64,000 nt of DNA from Candidatus Dormiibacterota bacterium (GTDB taxonomy: Bacteria; Chloroflexota; Dormibacteria; Aeolococcales; Aeolococcaceae), in assembly GCA_963709585.1 (NCBI GenBank), contig CAVPXI010000007.1, forward strand, positions 32,001 to 96,000, written 5' to 3'. The notes beneath the pieces were generated by a model that searched no databases, was not told where the DNA came from, and was given only the letters and a program-made list of their open reading frames with translations. Numbering within the stretch: position 1 is the stretch's first letter; each line of letters starts with the position of its first letter. Shown here piece after piece: positions 59,857-64,000 of the stretch. The position numbers and the translations under genes are program-made.

Positions 59857-60779
59857 GGGTGGCGCTGCTCTCGGGAGGCACAGGGGGCGCGCGGCTCGCA
59901 ACCGGCCTGGCGGCGGTGCTCTCACCCGACGAACTGTCCATCGTGGCCAACACCGCCGACGACGACGAGTTCTGGGGTCTGCTCGTGAGCCCTGACGTCG
60001 ACGCGATCCTCTACCGGCTCGCCGGCATCTTCAACGAAGCGACCGGATTTGGCGTGCGCGACGACACGTTTCACGCGCAGGCGATGCTCGGGAACCTTGG
60101 CGAGCAGACGTGGTTCCAACTCGGAGACCGGGATATCGGCATGCACCTGCTCCGGGCCACGCTGCTGCGTGGTGGGCAGCGTCTGGCAGAGGCGGTGGCG
60201 CATCTGGCTCGGAGCTTCGGCATCAGGGTGCGGGTGATCCCGATGAGCGACGACCCAGTGCGCACCCGGATCCTCACCGATTCCGGCGAGCTGAGCATGC
60301 AGGAGTGGTTCGTGGGACAGCGGTGCCGGCCGGCGGTACGCGGGATGCGCCTCGCGGGGATCGAATCGGCGCGCCCCGCGCCGGAAGCCGTCGACGCTGT
60401 CGCCAACGCCGAGGTCGTGATCATCGGACCGTCGAATCCACTCCTGAGCGTCGATCCCATCCTCGCCGTCCTCGGCAAGGAGCTCCACCGGGAGCGCGTT
60501 GCCGTGGTCTCCCCGGTGGTCGGCGGCCGGTCGCTGAAAGGACCGACCGTGGACATGCTCCGGCAGATGGGCGAGGAGGCGAGCGCCCTGGGTGTGGCCC
60601 GCCGCTACGCCGGCATCGCAGCCACCATGGTCATCGACCGCGATGACGGGGCATTGGCCGAGCCGATCCGGGCGTTGGGAATGCGCCCGCTGGTCGAGGA
60701 CACGGTGATGGACGGCGCGCAGGGCGAGCGGCGTCTGGCGGCGTCGCTGCTCCGCGCCCTAGACATCCCACGGGGATAA
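59853..60779 (+). CDS. cofD: 2-phospho-L-lactate transferase (last codons supplied by the IS110 end)
   Basis: SGGTGGA, NTADD, SPDVD, LGDRD, PMSDD and GPSNP. Confidence 0.92.
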   Translation: MRVALLSGGTGGARLATGLAAVLSPDELSIVANTADDDEFWGLLVSPDVDAILYRLAGIFNEATGFGVRDDTFHAQAMLGNLGEQTWFQLGDRDIGMHLLRATLLRGGQRLAEAVAHLARSFGIRVRVIPMSDDPVRTRILTDSGELSMQEWFVGQRCRPAVRGMRLAGIESARPAPEAVDAVANAEVVIIGPSNPLLSVDPILAVLGKELHRERVAVVSPVVGGRSLKGPTVDMLRQMGEEASALGVARRYAGIAATMVIDRDDGALAEPIRALGMRPLVEDTVMDGAQGERRLAASLLRALDIPRG

Positions 60780-60783
60780 GTCG

Positions 60784-61998
60784 TCAAGCAGCAGCCTGAC
60801 GGATGGGTGGCCAGGCCACGCGTTCGGAGTAGCAGCAGCGATGTTCGAGACAGCCGTGGAGGATGCCGACGAGACGGTTGGCGAGGGCACGCAGCGCCTG
60901 ATGGTGGGTGTGGCCGCGGGCACGATGAGCCGCGTAATAGGCACGTGCGCCCGCTGAATGCGTCAGGGTGCAGAAGGCCCACAGGTAGAGCGCATCGGCG
61001 AGACGGCGGTTGCGCGTCACACGCGCCAGGACCACCGACCGAGTGCCTGAGGCACGAGTGATCGGAGCGCTGCCGGCATAGCAGCGTCGCGCTCTGGCAT
61101 TCTCATAGCGGGTCCGGTCGTCACCGAACTCCGCCAAGACCCGGGCGCCGAGGATCACACCAAGTCCGGGCAGACTGCGCAGGATCTCGGCGTCCGGGTG
61201 ATCTTCAAAAGCCTCGGCAAGCTCGGCCTCGAGGGTGGCGATCTGCGCATTGAACTCGCTGATCACGCGCACCATGGCCAGCACCGAGCTGCCATACGCC
61301 CTGGCGAGCAGCGGCGGCGGCGCCAGTTGCGGCGCACGCAGTGCGCGTTGCAAGGCCGCAGCGCGGGGGGCGATCCCGCGACGGCGCCCGCTACGCGCCA
61401 GCACCACCCGGAGCTGGTTGAAAGTCAGCCGCCGTCCTTGCTCGGGCGTGGGTGCTCGGCTGAGCAACGCCAGTGCGTCCCGACCGGCCAACTCCGTGCC
61501 CAGCGCGTCCAGTGCAGCGGGATAGAACTCCCGCAGCGCGCTGCGCAGCTGATTGGCATGCCGGACGCGCGCCCACACCAACGTCTGATGGGTGCGGGCG
61601 AGCACTTTCAGACTCTCCGCGAGCTCGCTGTCGCCCGCCATCGGGCGATGGTTCTGGCGATCGGTGCGGACCAACTCGGCCAACACCTTGGCGTCGCCCG
61701 GATCCGACTTCGCCCGCGACACGGTATGGCGATCGCGGTAGCGACTCACCGCGAACGGATTCAGGGCATACACCTGATACCCGGTGGCCACCAACCCTTG
61801 CACCAGCAGACCGCGGTCGGTTTCGATGCCAACCACCACGGTCTCGGGTTTCGAGGTGTGCGCCCCGACCAGCTCATGGATGCGTGCCAGGCCTTCGATC
61901 CCATCGGGGACGCGCGCCTTGTCGAGACGGGCTCCTGCCTCGTCAAGGAGACACACGTCGTGGTGCGCCTCCGCCCAATCGATGCCGAGGTAGACCAT
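60784..61998 (-). CDS. IS110 DEDD recombinase/transposase
   Basis: GIDWA, GIET and KSDPGDA (DEDD); SLPGLG; YAGSAPITRASG (catalytic Ser region); RBS AGGAGG before ATG 61998. Confidence 0.95.
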   Translation of the reverse strand: MVYLGIDWAEAHHDVCLLDEAGARLDKARVPDGIEGLARIHELVGAHTSKPETVVVGIETDRGLLVQGLVATGYQVYALNPFAVSRYRDRHTVSRAKSDPGDAKVLAELVRTDRQNHRPMAGDSELAESLKVLARTHQTLVWARVRHANQLRSALREFYPAALDALGTELAGRDALALLSRAPTPEQGRRLTFNQLRVVLARSGRRRGIAPRAAALQRALRAPQLAPPPLLARAYGSSVLAMVRVISEFNAQIATLEAELAEAFEDHPDAEILRSLPGLGVILGARVLAEFGDDRTRYENARARRCYAGSAPITRASGTRSVVLARVTRNRRLADALYLWAFCTLTHSAGARAYYAAHRARGHTHHQALRALANRLVGILHGCLEHRCCYSERVAWPPIRQAAA

Positions 61999-62039
61999 GT
62001 GGCGCTCCTCCTGTGTGAACGCGACAACGAGCCGGAGGA

Positions 62040-62212
62040 GCATCGCGGCGCCCTAATGGATCAGTGCTCGGGGCACGACATCCCACCGGCCGTCTTGTCT
62101 CCTCGCCAACCGTCGGGGCCACGGTCTAGGCCTGGAGCTCAGCGCTCTGAGTTCGAAGAGTGGTCACCCGCCGGCGGCTCGGGAGCAGCTTGCTCCTCAG
62201 CCGAGCTGCTCG
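62040..62212 (-). ncRNA. Putative IS110 bridge RNA (5' stem-loop, target-binding loop, donor-binding loop)
   Basis: Guide segments match the element junction (GTGGGATGTC and CCATTAG) and the insertion target (..ACTC and CCTAGA); each pair brackets a 4-bp hairpin; RNA ends approximate. Confidence 0.8.
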
Positions 62213-62232
62213 CCACCCATTAGAGTCAACCG

Positions 62233-62643
62233 ATGGCCCATGAGCTTGCACTCGAGTACCTCCGCGCGAACCCGCGAGGCGTGCTCGCGACCTATCGACG
62301 CGACGGCCAGGCACAGCTCTCGCCGGTGCTCGCCGGCGTCGACGCGGAGGCTCGCGTGGTGATCAGCACGCGTGAGGGGGCGATGAAGGCGCTCAACCTT
62401 CGCCGCAACCCGCGCGCCGGTCTCTGCGTGCTCAGCGAACGCTTCTTCGGCGAGTGGCATGCCCTCGAGGGCGACGCCGAGGTTCTCAGCCTTCCCGATG
62501 CGCTGGAACCGCTCGTCGACTACTACCGTCGGGTCAGTGGAGAACACCCCGACTGGCAGGACTATCGCGATGCCATGGCACGCGAGCGCCGTGTGCTGCT
62601 GCGCATCACCGTCGATCGCAGCGGGCCGACGACGCAGGGATAA
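62233..62643 (+). CDS. PPOX-class F420-dependent oxidoreductase
   Basis: GVLATYRRDG.AQLSPV, KALNLRRNPR and HPDW.DYRDAM..ERRV. Confidence 0.88.
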   Translation: MAHELALEYLRANPRGVLATYRRDGQAQLSPVLAGVDAEARVVISTREGAMKALNLRRNPRAGLCVLSERFFGEWHALEGDAEVLSLPDALEPLVDYYRRVSGEHPDWQDYRDAMARERRVLLRITVDRSGPTTQG

Positions 62644-62650
62644 ACTCGGC

Positions 62651-63685
62651 TCAGGCCCCGCCCTCGCGCGTCCGGAGGCTGCGGAGGCGGGGCAACACGT
62701 CGCGGGCGTACAGCTCGAGAAATCGACGCTGGTCAGGGCCCGGGGCGTGAAAGATCAGATGGGTGAATCCGAGGTCCAGGTATGGACGGATGCGTTCCAC
62801 ATGCTCGTCGGGATCTGACGAAACGATCCAGCGGCCGGCGGCTCGCTCGATGGAAAGCTCGTCGGCGAGGCGCTCCATCTCGACCGCGTCCTCGACGCCC
62901 ATCTTCTCCTCGGCAGACAGCGCCAGCGCTGCCCAGTGCCGCGTGTCCGCACGCGCTCGGTCGCGATCGCTGTCGAATGAGACCTTCATCTCGATGGCCA
63001 GCTCGACATCGGCCGGGTCTCGCCCGGCTGCGCGTGCGCCCTCCATCACCGCCGGGAGCAGCGTGTCGGAGTACAGCTCCATGCCCTTGCCGCTGGTGCA
63101 GATGAGTCCGTCGGCGACCCGGCCGGCGAGCCGTGCGGCCGACGCTCCCGCGGCGGCGATGTAGATCGGGATCGGCGTCGCCGGCCGATCGTAGATGGTG
63201 GCGTTCCGGGTCCGGTAGTACGTGCCGTCGAAGGTGACCCGGTCGCTCGTCAACAGCGTCTGGATGAGCGTGACCGCTTCCTTGAGCCGCGCGAACCGCT
63301 CCTTGGTGTCCGGCCAATCGATGTCGAGCGGCGCCTCGTTCATCAACTCACCGGTACCGACTCCGAGCCAGATGCGGCCGGGGAAGAGGGTCCCGAGCGT
63401 GCCCATAGCCTGCGCGACGATCGCCGGGTGATAGCGGAAGGTCGGGGTGAGCACGCTGGTGCCGAGCGCGATCCGGCTGGTCGCCTGACCGGCCGCCCCC
63501 AGCCACGTCAGCGAGAAGGGGGCGTGACCGCCGCTGTGCCGCCAGGGTTGAAAGTGATCGCTGATCGCGGCGGTGTCGAAGCCGCACTGCTCCGCGACCA
63601 CCGTGAAATCGAGCAGGTCGGAGGGACTGAACTGCTCCGCCGAGACCTTGTATCCGAACCGACGCTGGCGAGACAAGGCGCCCAT
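62651..63685 (-). CDS. fgd: F420-dependent glucose-6-phosphate dehydrogenase (LLM family)
   Basis: SAEQF, SDHFQPWRH, GTSVLTPTFRYHP, ICTSGKG and FHAPG; start approximate. Confidence 0.9.
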   Translation of the reverse strand: MGALSRQRRFGYKVSAEQFSPSDLLDFTVVAEQCGFDTAAISDHFQPWRHSGGHAPFSLTWLGAAGQATSRIALGTSVLTPTFRYHPAIVAQAMGTLGTLFPGRIWLGVGTGELMNEAPLDIDWPDTKERFARLKEAVTLIQTLLTSDRVTFDGTYYRTRNATIYDRPATPIPIYIAAAGASAARLAGRVADGLICTSGKGMELYSDTLLPAVMEGARAAGRDPADVELAIEMKVSFDSDRDRARADTRHWAALALSAEEKMGVEDAVEMERLADELSIERAAGRWIVSSDPDEHVERIRPYLDLGFTHLIFHAPGPDQRRFLELYARDVLPRLRSLRTREGGA

Positions 63686-63754
63686 CGTCTCATGAGGGCG
63701 CTTCAGATCAGGTCGCGCAGCATGCCGGGGCGCATAGAGCACCGGCAAGCGCCG

Positions 63755-64000
63755 TCATCCGACGGCCAGACCCTCGGGGTCAGGCGCTGCGGAGAAGCCG
63801 GCGTCGGCCGTCATCCGTCGAGCAGATTCGATCTTCGCCATCAAGGCTTCCGGGGCGAAGGGTTTGCCGAGGTATTCGCACTCGAGGTCGTAGGCTCGGT
63901 TGAGAACCTCGGCGCTGTCGAGCAGTCCAGTCATCACGACGATCGGAATACGAGCATGCATGGTGCCCGCGCGCACGTCGCTGATCAGGTCCCAACCGTC
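63755..64000 (-). CDS. Response regulator receiver domain, C-terminal part (truncated by window edge)
   Basis: DGWDLISDVR..IPIVVMTG..YLGKPF. Confidence 0.8.
   Translation of the reverse strand, partial: DGWDLISDVRAGTMHARIPIVVMTGLLDSAEVLNRAYDLECEYLGKPFAPEALMAKIESARRMTADAGFSAAPDPEGLAVG

Larger units (their letters stand above)
60761..62223 (-). mobile_element. IS110-family insertion sequence with CT core at both ends
   Basis: No terminal inverted repeats; TAGA at both junctions (60760-60763, 62221-62224); removing it gives cofD ending LRALESTDGP* overlapping the next gene's ATG. Confidence 0.88.

Noticed and set aside
61999-62043. Longer N-terminus of the IS110 transposase from ATG 62043
   Set aside because: A strong RBS precedes ATG 61998, and the GID motif then sits at its usual position.
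1-64000. Many long alternative-frame and antisense ORFs in the track (e.g. 569-1807, 9195-10079, 30434-31972, 53199-54716)
   Set aside because: They are shadows of real genes in high-GC DNA: Arg/Pro-rich, with no family motifs.

Overview
High-GC bacterial window, probably from a monoderm soil organism: it has F420 biosynthesis, an LCP protein and a sortase-type sorting signal. The style suggests Actinomycetota, Chloroflexota or Dormibacterota, but taxonomy cannot be fixed from this window. From left to right it contains: (1) 1-10.7 kb, a Wzy-type surface polysaccharide locus with a tandem double sulfotransferase; (2) 11-25 kb, satP, an internally deleted acs, envelope genes (GT39, TolB-like, LCP), TMEM175, HtrA, GGDEF-EAL, AKR, MFS and GNAT; (3) 25.7-43 kb, aromatic catabolism, with an aminobenzoate/salicylyl-CoA-type cluster, a full pca operon with IclR operators, pobA and a second intradiol dioxygenase; (4) 44.8-54.7 kb, an uncharacterised DeoR-controlled cluster (APC permease, NTase-like protein, two BtpA/SgcQ, metallophosphoesterase, FGGY kinase, EryC-like epimerase, hydrolase); (5) 57-64 kb, an F420 island (Ddn-like, cofC-cofE-cofD, PPOX-type, fgd) interrupted by an IS110 element. 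The most striking signal is the IS110 non-coding end, which reads as a bridge RNA: two parallel guide loops match the element's own circular junction and the reconstructed insertion site. Separately, seven apparent frameshifts fall at GAGTC/GACTC-derived motifs, suggesting a methylation-linked sequencing artefact rather than true pseudogenes. All calls come from reading motifs by eye; no database searches were run.
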